A stretch of 64,000 nucleotides of DNA. Source: Gnetum montanum. Lineage: Eukaryota; Plantae; Gnetophyta. Location: positions 111,599 through 175,598 of the forward strand of contig MNCI01001083.1 of the NCBI GenBank assembly GCA_015680685.1, written 5' to 3'. A model generated the notes under the pieces. The model ran no database searches, was not told the origin of the DNA, and saw only the letters and a list, made by a program, of their open reading frames with translations. Of the stretch, positions 37,250 through 49,582 are shown piece after piece (position 1 is the first letter of the stretch; the number at the start of each line of letters is the position of its first letter). The translations under genes were made by a program, and so were the position numbers.

Positions 37250-39540
37250 GGATAGGGGAAAAGACAACTCATAGTTCGGATAACCAGGGTTTCCATAGGA
37301 TTAGGTTGAATCCTAGTGTCTCTTTGACTACAAGGAAATTAGCTAATTTGGGGAACTATTATCCAACCATAAATTCCAATGAAATTTACCCTCTTACATC
37401 TACACATGATCCATTGAATGATTTAAGTGTTGAGGTGGAGATGCTTTGAATGCATTTGGTCAACGCCCAAGCATTATACAATAGGTAAGGTAATAACATT
37501 AGTAACTGTTCCATTATCTACATGTACTTGATGTACCTTGTACTAGCTAACTCTTATCATTATAAATAAGGGAGATTTGGATACCTCACCACTTTGTGAT
37601 TTAATCTTTACATCGTTGTCCCAAAATGTTAAAGTAGTTGACTTCATTTGTTCTTTAGGTGAGGGTGGTACTATTACTGTGTGTATAGATTCTTAGTAGG
37701 CTTGGATATGATCATTGATAGGAATAGAAGTCAACATACAAACTAAGACTTCACGATGGGCTCAATAAGTCATAACTAAGTCATATAAGCTAACCAAGAT
37801 GTTCTTCTATTTAAGCAAGATCTTGACCTACTCAATGGTAGTGAGAAAGTCTTTGTTATTATTCATTATTTTTTTGTTCTTGTTGCCTTTAACTTCCTCC
37901 ATTCTACCCAAGATTTTCACCTCATTTTTTAACGTTTGTGGTTTAGGACTCTTTTTCTTTTCTTGTTATTTATCGTCCTTCTTAGGTTGACTCATTTAAG
38001 CATCCTTAGCATCAAACTTGATGGGTATAGCTGAAATGGATGTAGGCTTTAGTGGATGTACCTCTTTTCACACTTTTGGTTTCGTATTGTCCTTGGTTTA
38101 GAAGCTAGCTTCTTACATTGTTTTATTGGTAACTTCTTGTTATCAAGTTGTGAAGGGGTTGAGGCATTGGCCACCATAGGAGGCCATTGGTCATCTTGAG
38201 TTTTGGACATAATAGTGGTAGGAGGGGGCACTCTAATAACAAATGGTTCTTTAGGAGGCTTTAGTGATGGTATCCTTAAGAAAAAAGAAGTCCTTGAACA
38301 TGATAAAGTTGAAGCACTTTCATCATGAGGAGGCACTAAAATCAAAAGTGGCTCCTGGGCAGGTTTAGGATTTTTGTTAATGTTGAATGTGGCTATTTTA
38401 TAGGGATCATTTTATAATTTCATCTGTTGGTTTTGGAGCCTAATAGGGTTGGAAGTGTCTAACACTAGCTTTCCATTGTCTATCATCTTTTGGAAGTCAT
38501 CCATTAAGGCTAAGAAAAAATCAATATCATGAGTGGGAAACTGATGATAATGGTAGAGTCAATCTAATTTGAAATATTTTGGCATTGGTGGATCATCCTT
38601 GGTTGCTACAGTGGGATCCTTAACAATCACACATAGATAGTCATACCTCTTGCAAGCATTCTTAGTCATTTGCTTATACTAGATACAATCACTTTTGAGC
38701 AATTGATCAAGGAGATTAGCCAGTTTCAAGGGAAATCTCATATATTTGAATTGATCCTTCCACTTAAACTTAGGCCTAGATTGGTTAGATGTAGGGGCCT
38801 CAAATGTTGAGTTTTGAGTGGTGGTGGTAGGACCCTTTAGTTGATTTGTTTTAGGCCCCTATCTCATTTTGGTTTCATTGGCCACAATGGCTATGGCTAC
38901 ATGGTTTTGCTTTTCTTTGTCACTATACTTCCATGTATATTGATTCTTATATGCCATATAAGCAAGGTCATGACTGGCTTCAACAACATCCTTTATGTTC
39001 TTCATTTGTAAGAAAGCTTAACTAAGGAACCACAAATCTAACTAATAGAGTTTGAACTTAATGAAGTCATTAACCATCCCCTTGGATATGGCCAGACGAT
39101 GTGTCTCTACTATGGGTTTAGAAATCTCATTGAGAAGAACATTCCATTGTTGTATGAATTTCCCCATTGGTTCAAGGGGCCCATGCTTGACCTTTATCAA
39201 TTGGTCAAGATTCATATTGGGTTTCAAGTTATAGTTAAAATGGTTAAAGAACTATGAAACTAAGTCTTCTAGTGAGGTAATGGAACTTCTAGGTAACACA
39301 CATTACCAATCTAAAGCTTTCCTAGTGAGGGACATCAAGAAGATATGCATGATGGTATGAGGCCAAGCTTATAACAATAAGCACTTAGAACAGAAGGCAA
39401 TGAGGTATGTGTTAGGATCACCCTTGCCATTGTATTTGGTGAACTAGGATATGAAAATGCTTGTGAGAAGAGTTATCTAGGGGAAGATATGACTAATGGG
39501 ATGATCTTGGTAGAAGTTCATTACCTTAACCATTTTTGTA
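37250..39540 (-). pseudogene. Tat-2 gag and protease, disrupted
   Basis: FTKYNGKGDPNTYLIAF..IFLMSLTRKALDW*, YHQFPTHDID knuckle remnant, protease VHVDNGTVTNV at about 37497-37528, FNLILWKPWL. Confidence 0.87.
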
Positions 39541-40603
39541 GTACAAGCTTTGAGTTTTCATAACTCTTTAGTGAGGTCCTAGATCATTTGGAAGGCCTAA
39601 CCTAAGCCTTGAGGCATTTTGGTAGGTTGGATACTTTGGACAAATGGTTGAGGAGGAAGTTGAAAAGCTTGTGGCATCACAATGGACAATGGAAGGGACA
39701 AAAGTGGTTGCGTGGTTATGGTTGTGAGGGGACTAAATAATAAGGAGGAATTTTGGATTAAAACTTGAGAAATAAAAAAGGGAAATGAAGTATGAGAACC
39801 TTAGATAACTTGGATTTTCCATTGAGAGGTCCACCAAGATGGAGGAATAATGAGGTGTGGTAAACACCATAGGTGATGATCATGTGCAATGCAGCTATGT
39901 TAAAAAAGGGCATGGACGAGAAAAGTGAGGCCTATTGTGGTACAAGTTATGGCTAGTGGATAGTCATGATGAGCATTACCTCCAACATGGAAGGGTAGAC
40001 ATGAGTAGAAGAGGGTTGAGAAACATGCTCCATAGAAAACATAGGAGAGGTTGAACTAGGTGCAATGACTTGGGGAGCCAATTATTGGAAAAGGTTTCCA
40101 ATGAAATTGTCAAGTTCTGTTTGGGCCTCAAATTCATCATGCTCCTCATGATGAATTATTGAGTTAACGTCCTTACTCAACTCATCCTTCTCTATTAGTT
40201 AGGCAAGTATATGCATATGGATTTTAGTTAGTTTTATTTTATCATAGTGGGATGGATGTACTCCTTCCCATTCCTATAGATTAACTCAAACTCATGCTTG
40301 GATTCATATACTATGCATGGGATGAGTAGGCTGGCCTAGATTTTGGCACATATAAAATTATAGTAATCTTCATTTATTACAACAAAGTCTAGGCTTTGAA
40401 CCCTCTACCTGAGTGATTATCTTAGGTTCTTTGGGTCATACATGTGAATTGCCTCTTAGCTAGAAGTCATGTTGATTAGGTTAAGTGGTAACATGGTTGA
40501 TTTTTAAAAAATCATTAACTAGGGTTTTAAACTGAGTAAAAGTTATAGTGTTATTGAGAGTTGTAGTGTTAGTGAGAGCTTGAAATTTCCTAAGTTTGCT
40601 AAA

Positions 40604-41431
40604 TGATGAGACACGGATTGCACAAGACATGATATCGCATATGCGATATCGCGGCCGACGCGATATCACATCCCCTGGGATATCGTGTACACGATATTGC
40701 ATCCTTCCTTGCGATATCGTGTACACGATATCGCGTCCTTCCCTGCGATATCGCATACGCATTATCGCAGTCCACCGTCATACCTATAAATAAGAGGCAA
40801 CACTCCCCTCATTTCTGATCCTAGGCGTAAAGTAGCGAAGCTCTGGCGGATTGATCACCCCAGAGATAGAATATTTTCCATGTGCCCGCAGTAGGAGTCC
40901 CCCAAGTGAACGGTTCTTTATTCAAGCAACNNNNNNNNNNNNNNCGTGGGACAAGTACGACTTGATTACGAGCATCTACGGATGTGTACGGCTAGTCAAG
41001 GAATCGATTGCTTGTCACACTTAGGTTAGCTAGGTGCCTCAGTATGATCGCTTTGAGCACGTCCGTTATGTGTTATGATCCCAGTAACGATTAGCATTTG
41101 GTCACCACAGTTGCATAGTTCAGGGTGTGTACGGCAAGTGGGAACGGATGCTGACGCTAGGACTTAGTGCTATAGTTAGAGTTAGTTTTGGTTTCTCTAC
41201 CCTTCACCTTTTAGCATAGGCGATAAACCATAAAATACCAAAAAAATCATATACCTCAGACTTACTTAACCATACACCGTGACACCTACAAGCAAGCCTG
41301 GGAAGACAATGAACAATTAACCCCAAGTGTTCCTTGTGGTGTTTAGGCATTTAGTCTGCGGAGTTCGACCGGATCGCACGTGCTACGCTCGTTTCGTATG
41401 GTTGAGTGTAGGGGTACCTCGCCACTCATCA
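40604..41431 (+). mobile_element. Solo LTR of an Athila-type family inserted in the Tat-2 5' region
   Basis: TGATGAG...CTCATCA termini, perfect TSD CTAAA (40599-40603, 41432-41436), 3' end nearly identical to the LTR end at 55081-55115, CpG-rich. Confidence 0.92.
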
Positions 41432-41481
41432 CTAAAGCATGGAAATTAAGAAGAGGTTCTAGCATCTACATTGCAACTACA

Positions 41482-42183
41482 ACGACCAGTGGAAGACAGA
41501 ACCATCTTCCGACGGGGAGGGTTGAACGTGGGTGGGGGATGACACGGGGTAACACAGCTACATATAGGGTGGACACATGGCCGAACATTCAGTGCCCGGA
41601 CGCTGATCAGGATCATCATCGCCCGAGGCCGCCGTGGGTGAAGGACCCACCGGATGTGCGGCTCAGCAGCACAAAGAATCAGGCAGCTACCCCGCGCCCT
41701 CAATCATCGCAGCTCTGGTTTGCGGATGTTCTGCAGAATGGCAGGACCGGAATAGCCCAGTTGATAGCGGAGAATAGGCGCCGCCTCGCCGCGGGCCTGA
41801 CAGACTAGGGAGGGGCTGGCTGGCAGCTCTCCCGCAGGTTTTTGGGGGATGGGGCCTCTGCTACAGCGGCGGGAATGGCTGGCGCTGCTCTTTTCTATCT
41901 TTTCTGTCGCTGTTTCTGGGTTTCTGTCTTTATGGGTCTTTGGTCTCGCATGGGTCGTGGGTTTCCGTGTCGCGTTTGGGGGGGCACGTGGGCTGATCTT
42001 GCCTGTGCGTTTCTCCATCACGGTGGATGTTGCGGGATGCTCTGCCTTTCACATTATTCCTGGCTCTTTTTGCCTTGGGGACTCCTGTTTTGGGGCCGTG
42101 GCTGAAGGTCCATGCTACGTGCAGGCGTAGCTTGTTCTTCTTTTTTGGGAATGATATCCGCTCGAACTTTTCCTAAAAAAAAA
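41482..42183 (+). mobile_element. GC/CpG-rich, poly(A)-ended insertion, probably a 5'-truncated non-LTR retroelement
   Basis: Abrupt GC shift, open frame ending at 41808, GT-rich 3' tract, terminal A9 at 42175-42183. No TSD or diagnostic domain recognised. Confidence 0.45.
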
Positions 42184-42486
42184 GAAGTTATTTTTATTTA
42201 ATCTTCTCTAGAATATAGTGGTAGGGACATTATATACTTTAATAATAATAATAATAATAATAAATTTCCAAAGCTACAAGTTGTAGGAAAAAAGGACCAT
42301 GCTACAAATTGCACTCTTACCAGTGATGGAAAAAAGATTTACTTTAGCAATAATCAAATATGTAGAATAAAAAATAATAATTTTTGATTAAATCATTGAC
42401 AAGACATTGTTGGTAGAAATAGGTAGAGAATGCAATAGGTTTAGATGAAGAAGTTAGGGGAAGGCCCTCCTTCTAATGCTAGAAAT

Positions 42487-43393
42487 TGTAGGGATGAACA
42501 AATTTGATGCTAGAGGGCTGAAGATCTCCATTGGAACAATTTAACCTATAGATCCATGGGCCTCAAAAAAGGATTTACAAGAACCTCAAATGGTCCAGTA
42601 GATTACTTGAGGACTTGAAAGTCTGTTATGAGGTGTTAAGAAAATGTCAATTGATGAGAAAGTATTTGTTAAATGACACCAAAATAGAAACAAAATTGTA
42701 GGAAATATAGAAGAAAATGTGGTACAACATTGCTAAAACTTTGTAATTAAATGTTTTGAAATGTTGTAATAAATGGGTTATAAAAAAATGGATTTGGGCT
42801 TTTACAGCCTATGATTGCAACACTGAGCTTAGATTCTAACACATGAGGTAAGATGTATTCTACAATCTCCTCTCATAGATCTAGTGTTTCTTAGTCTAGC
42901 TACAAATTGATTCTTGGTGTCTCAAGTGATCTACACTATGGAATGATGATGGTGGTCATCATGAAATCTTGGGTGTCTACATTGCTCAAAGCTCTTACGT
43001 TTGATGTAGGTGCCAAATGCTAAAAGCCCTTATAATGAAGTAGATTCTAGTTTAAATAGGCCTTGGGTCTCTATCTTGTTGCTAGTTAATTCTATCAAGA
43101 TTTCTTACATATTTTTGGCACCTTTCATTGCAGCTAGAACACCTTTGGATGTAGCATCTAAATAATTTTATCTAATTCTTTTCTCTTTGACACTACATTT
43201 ATATGGTTCATAATATTAGCATCAACATCAATGTCATTACCATAAGGCCATTACACTAGCGTCAGTGTTAATATTGAAGTCATTATGCTAGCATCTTTTG
43301 GAAAATAAGGTAATTGTATCTACCTTTATTTTTCCACCAAATTAAAATAAATTTGGCTATGAATTATAATATGAATTTCTTTGGGGTGTTTCA
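42487..43393 (-). repeat. Tat-2 5' LTR
   Basis: Homologous to 25590-26531, adjacent PBS remnant, followed by TSD ATAAC. Confidence 0.88.
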
Positions 43394-43399
43394 ATAACC

Positions 43400-44835
43400 T
43401 TGTTCATTTACACATGCTTTACAACAAAAATATAAGATATTTCTAATTTGGGTAGAATTATCAAACCTAGTCTTATTTCTTTGTTTAGATAATACTAAAC
43501 TTTTATAAGTATTCTTTTGAGATTCCTCCATTAGATTTTCATTTTTATGCTAATTTTGAGGCTTTTCCTCAATTTTACTAATCTAGGTGGGTTAGTAATT
43601 GAACCTTAAATTTTACATTTGAGAAATTTCTTTTTAAAGTAGAGCATGAAGTATAAAATTTAGATATTTTTTATGGATATTTTTCTTTACCCTTCTAAAT
43701 AGATAGTGTAAAGTAATAATCTCTTCATGTATTTCACTATACCTTTCATCAATTTTATCTTTATATTCATCAAGAACTCCTATAGAATGTCTATTGGTAA
43801 GAGCCATTCATATCAAGTGTGAATTCATTGTAGTATCATCAGCCTCTTCCTCACTTTATTCACCTTCATCCCAACTAGTGTAGAAATTTTTCTTTTTCAA
43901 ATCATCTTCAGATTGGTTCTTCCATTGAAGTCTACCAACACTTAGATATTCAAAGGCCACATGGCCTCTTCCTCCACACACCAAACATTTTACGGATGAT
44001 GCATTAATATTTAGATTTTTAAAATTTTTTCCTTTTTCCTTATCATTAATGCCTAATTGGTTGAAGGCTAATTGATGGAAGATTTTTCCTTTTATTTCAA
44101 GAAATCTTTGAACTCTTCTAGATAAGAGGGCCAACTTGTCTTTGCCATTTACTTCTTATTCAAAAGGCTGCTTCTCCTTTGATGAAGATTTTAGTGTAAT
44201 AGGATTTTCCTTTATTTCACCTTCACTAATGAGGTTCATCTCATAGGTAATAAGTGCACTTTGAAGCTCTTCAAATTTTAGTACAGAAAATTCCTTGATT
44301 TCCTCCATGGTCATTACCTTAGGTCTAAATTTGGACTACAAGGTTCTTATCATCTTTATGATAATAGGTAAAAACTTACCAATATCTCTAATTACTACAA
44401 TAGGATTGTTTTCCATAGAGAAGTAGTTCTTAATATTTTCTACTTCTCTCATTTTTAATTTATCTTATTCACTTTGCAACAGTAGAAGTTTTGATTATTT
44501 TAAAACTAATTTACCTTCATAGTTTGCTTTTAATGTTTCCAAAATTTCTTTAGCAATCTTACATATAGTTGCTCTATAAAATTCAGATTTTCTTAAAGAA
44601 AAATAAATAAAATTTGTTGTTGTAGAATCAAACATGAAATTATCTCTTTTATCCTACATTCATTTGCTTCTTGGCTTGGTAGCTAATTTGTTATTATTGA
44701 TGGGTGGTTAGTAACCTTGAAGAATAGACTGACTTTGAATTCCATGGATTTGTAGAATCCTTGCATTCTTTATTTCCAATACACAAAGTTGATCCCATCA
44801 AATATTGGTGGCTTCATGTAGGATATCCCTTTCAT
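43400..44835 (-). pseudogene. SIRE-type copia gag with zinc knuckle
   Basis: MKPPIFDGINFVYWK*RMQGF, KFRPKVMTMEE, EELQSALITYEMNL, ALLSRRVQRFL, CLVCGGRGHVAFEY. Confidence 0.85.
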
Positions 44836-44894
44836 TTTTCACTCTTGAGATGTGAAGCAAAAACATGAGATTACCAAGCTCTAATACTACTTGT

Positions 44895-46263
44895 TTCACA
44901 TCCCCATTTCCAAATGATGTTTCTAACTAATGAAGATCATGTCTCTTCATAACAAGTGTTATTGTTATCTTAACAAGACTTGAAAGGGTAGTTGTAATTG
45001 AGACTTGAAAGGGCATGTTGTAATAATGGATGTGTCTCTTAAGGTAACCTTTGGGGGTTTGGCCTAAGGCATTGATACCTAGGGTTAGAGGTCAGCCAAC
45101 ATGGAATGGTAGAGCTAGTATAGGCAAGTCATGGGGTGGTAGAGCCGGTATAGGCAAGTCATGGGAAGCTGGGTGAAGCAGGATAGGAATTGGATTGGCC
45201 ATCTCTTCTAGCCAAGTTATAGGCCTAACCATGGTGGCAATGCTAGATTGCCTCTAAGGGATAGATTCCAAAGGAAGAAAACCCCAAGGAACACTCTCAA
45301 AGCATGATTCAGATACACTATTTTATATTAATAAAGCATTCATTTCTTTCTCTTTCTACATTTTTTCTATTATTTCCTGTATACATAATGTCGAATATCA
45401 CTTATATTTTGCATTTGGTATATTTTCTTTGTATGCATAATGTCTAATATATCATAAATTTGATGTTTTCCATTACATCTAGGGTTGGGATGTCATAATT
45501 GATATTAAGGAAAACCATGACCCAAAGGCCATTCAGAACCATGGGCTAACTACAACATGAACTTGATGATGAACCTTAAAGCCACAACACATAGAAAGCC
45601 ATTGATCATCACCGAATGTACCATATATTTGTTATGCAAGTTAGAAGATACATTTCCATTGACTTCACAAATAATGGATCAAACATCTGGATCCTATAAA
45701 CTAACAAAATTCTTGGATAGATATCATTAACCAATGAAGATTGATCACACCGTCAAGATTCATGAATTACAAGAGATGTTGGTAAGATAATGATACACTA
45801 GTCCAGGTAACTTTTACCCCTGATCTTAGGAGGGTCACACAGACCTTGAAATGACATGTCATTGTGGCCATTGTTGCCATTCACAACAAAATAGCAAATT
45901 CTCCATTATATGATGGAAAATTTTCAATTTTCCATCAATTGATGGAAAATTTTGAAATTCCTGTCAATTAACAAGAAATTCATATTTTCATTATTGAATT
46001 ATTAGTTTAAATTAGGAACTTCCAAAAATAGTTTCCAAACTTAAAATTTGGTGCAATGGTAGAAACAAAGATATTTTCTTATATCACTTATATTTGACAT
46101 TTGGCAATATATCAATACATTGTCAAATATCAATACATTTTTCCTATTTGCTACAATGTCAAATATCACTTATATTTTGCATTTGGCATATTTTCTTTGT
46201 ACACATAATGTCTAATATATTGTATATTTGATGTTTGCCATGACATCTGAGGACAAAATGTCA
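44895..46263 (+). mobile_element. Small deleted LTR element remnant inserted at the start of the SIRE 5' LTR
   Basis: CACATCCCC...GGGATGTCA inverted termini (to 45495), and about 150 bp at 45345-45495 recurs at 46135-46263. No clear TSD. Confidence 0.45.
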
Positions 46264-47332
46264 AAACTTAAGGATTAAAAACTTAGAAGGGGAGGTTAAA
46301 TAAGTTTCTCAATTAGAACAATTAAGGAAACCAAAACCATACATAAGTTCTATGTGGTTTTCCAATTTTAGTACTTCTATACTTAGAGGGTAGAATCTTT
46401 GTACACCTCTAGACTTTGTTCCTTAGAAAAATGTGGTTTATATGACACCACACCCTTTATAAAGTTTGAGCTCCACTCTAGAATGTCCATCACTATGAAA
46501 ACACTCAATCGTACAAGGTTCCAAAAAACTCAAAATGTGGTTTGAAGAATCCCAAAACCTTTACAAACCATGAGCTCCATTCCAAAGTGTTTTATCCCTG
46601 TAAAACCACTCAATCCCTTAACGTTCTAACAAGCTCAATGAAGATGCCTTTCCTCAAGAAGCACATCAACCCCACAAGGCTTACAAGAAAGAAGAAAAGA
46701 ATCAAGAAAAGAGTATCCATTATACAAATTCCTTGTAATGAAGGCTCTCAAAACATTCAACATAATACAAATGATTGAAACCATGAAGAATAAAGTAAAT
46801 TCAATTAAGGCTTACAATGCTTGATATTTCATGAAAAGTTCCTACATATTTTAATAAGAATTCCACATTATCTTATACCCCTTGATGTTTCAAAAACTCA
46901 TCAAAATTCATGTAATGACTATGAAATGGCTAGCTTGGACATCTAATTTGAAGTTGAAATGTCTAACTAAGATCAAGTATCATTCATCAGTTATATCTAC
47001 CTAATAATGAACATGTCTACCCTTAGACATCTACCTTTGAGGTGAGAGGTCTACTATCAATTAAAGACATCTACCCTATAAGAAAAATTTAAATTCTAGA
47101 GCATTCCTCTTTCATTTTGGCATCTTGAAAATCCTCAGAATAGCTTCATTTTGCTTGTAGAATCCATTTACATTCTAGCTCTTATTTAGTCATCTCAATG
47201 TAGCTCTTGTTGTAGCTCAATTCTCCTTTTAAAGTCTTAGTTCAACATGTTCCTTCTTGGTTATACAAGACTATAAACAAAATTTCACATTCTTCATTTT
47301 CTCTAAGGTTTTGACATATCAAATGGTCAACA

Positions 47333-49560
47333 CAATTATCAATGATTTGATGAATAGTATATTACATCATTACTTAGATTAACTTCTTTTCTCTTTATTA
47401 ATTATATTTTGATTTAATCTAATGACAAAGGTGAACATAAGGAATACTTAAGAGTAGTATTACAAATATTGAAAGACCAACAACTATATATCAATGCCTC
47501 TAAGTATGCATTTTTCAAAATAACAATATATTTTTAGGAACATGTAGTTTCAATAGTAGGTATAGCTATGCATCCTTCAAAGATAGTAGTGATTAATGAT
47601 TGGTCTATTTCAACATTGTTGAATAAATTTAGATGTTTCTTAATATTAGTAGGATATTAAGGATCTTTGAAAAATATTTCTCTAAGATTACAATATCTTT
47701 ATATATGCTACTAAGGAAAGACTATGTTTTTTCTTGGTTAGATGCTTGTTAAAAGCCCTTTAAGAAGAAAAAGGAGAGATTGATCTCAACATCTATCTTG
47801 ATCTTACTAGTTCCTAGTAAATTATATGATGTATACATAGATGCTTCAAGAGATGGTTTTTATGTTCTTCTTACATAATATTGAAAGGAAATGGCCTATG
47901 TCTCTAAATTGTTAAAACCATATAAGATCAAATAGTTGAATCATGATCTACAACATGGTGCCATCATCTTTGCTATTAAAATTTAGAGATATTTTTCAAT
48001 GTTGAATAGATTACATTTTGGACTGATCATTAGAGTTTGTAGTATTTTGATTTCATAATGTAGCATCATACAGGTAATGTAAATAAAGTGGTGGATGCAA
48101 TAAAGATAACTAGAAAACTCTCCATTCTCATTATTAGGCCTTGTCTAAATGATGAGATAGCTTCACAATAGAATTTAGATTCATGATGTTATGAAAATAA
48201 TATAGATCTTTCTTTCATAAACCCAAAGTTGTTAGTGGACATTTTTAGTGTATTAAGGTTTTAGAATAGGGTTTATATGCTATCAATAATAACATAACAT
48301 GTTCTTGATGAGGCTTACTTAAGAAAGTATCATATGAACCCAAATAGTACTAATATATATGACAATATCAAGAGGCAGTATTGTTGGTTTGGTATGGAGA
48401 AGAATGTGGATGCGTATGTGGCTAAGTATTTTGTTTGTTAGCAGTCCAAGGTTGATCATGAGAGACCTAGTGGTTATCTTTATTAACATGATATTCTACT
48501 ATGAAAATGAAAAACCATTGACATGGATTTCATCATTGGTTTCTCTCACATCAATAGTAAAGGGACTCCATTTGTGTGCTCATAAATCTTTTGTCCAATT
48601 ATTTCCATTTTTTGGCTATGAAAGAAATAGCTAAAGTAGAAGATATTTCTTAGTTTTTCCTATTGGAGATTGTTATATTGCATGAAGTTCAAAATAATAT
48701 AGTTTGAAATAAGGTTCTATGTTTACTTTTAGATTTTGATTATCTTTTCAAAAGAGTTTGGACTTTATGTTGAATATTCACTCATGGTATTCCGTTAAAT
48801 AAATAGTTAAATAGAAAACATGTATTATATTTTAGATTATTTATTTTGAGCTTGTACTTTGGATTACCTATATGGCTAGGAAATATTTCTTTCATTGGGA
48901 AAGTTTGCATACAATAATAGTCATAAAGCTAGTTTGACAACAACATCATATAAACTATTATATAATAGACCTTATCATACATCACTTTACTAAAATTCCA
49001 TAGAGAAAATAAAGAATAGTAGTATAGATATAATTGATGAGGCTACAAAATAGGTTAAGTTAGCAAGAAGAAGATTGTAAGAAGCAAAAGACTTGTATAC
49101 AAAGTATGCTAATAATAACAAGTGATGGTTGAAGCTCAATGTTGGTGATTATGTTTTCCTTAAGATTTCATCATTGAAAGGGATTATGTGATTTTATAGA
49201 AGAGGGAAGTTACCCCCTCGCTACATTGATAATTTTTTGATATTTAAAAATTTTAAAGATTTCTTCATTGAACTTTTTCTTCCACAATAGTTTCAGTCCA
49301 TTCATGATATATTTCATGTTTCTATTCAAAGAAATTACATTATAGATCCTAGTCATAAGATAGACTGACAAGATATAGTGATCCAACCTTATGACAATTT
49401 TATAGAGTAACTAGTAAATATTATGGAAAAAATGAAGGGAAAATTGAGAAATAATGTCATTCGAATAATAACAACTATTTAGGAAAGAAATGAAGTACAC
49501 GAAATAAATGGAAAGTAGAGACAGATCTGTATACTATGCATCATAAGCTTATTCAGGAAG
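47333..49560 (+). pseudogene. Continuation of the Tekay-like pol: RT C-half, RH, INT, chromodomain remnant (heavily decayed)
   Basis: DLMNSILHHYLD..EHKEYLRVVLQILKDQQLY, YDVYIDASRDG, HDLQHGAIIFAIKI, DFIIG, FAYNNSHKASL, NVGDYVFLKIS..RGKLPPRYI, IHDIFHVS. Confidence 0.85.
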
Positions 49561-49582
49561 AGGATTCTTAAGAAATGAAGAA

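Larger units (their letters stand above)
25590..43393 (-). mobile_element. Tat-2: full-length Tat/Ogre-like Ty3/gypsy element (about 17.8 kb including nested DNA), decayed
   Basis: LTRs 25590-26531 and 42487-43393 (TGTAG...GGTGTTTCA), TSD ATAAT/ATAAC, PBS remnant TAGCATTAGAAGGAGGGCC (minus, about 42463-42481), domain order gag-PRO-(spacer)-RT-RH-aRH-INT. Confidence 0.92.
892..47332 (-). mobile_element. SIRE/Maximus-type Ty1/copia element (gag only, no pol seen), carrying several nested insertions
   Basis: Two homologous LTRs: (892-1063 + 20933-21782 + 24029-24090) and about 46268-47332. PPT-like tract at 24091-24106, degenerate Met-type PBS at 44877-44889, gag PPIFDGINFVYWK*RM. Approximate TSD CAATA/CAATT. 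The host RT resumes right after 47332. Confidence 0.75.

Noticed and set aside
40481-40793. Arg-rich ORFs on both strands
   Set aside because: Produced by the CGATATCG palindrome cluster in the solo LTR.
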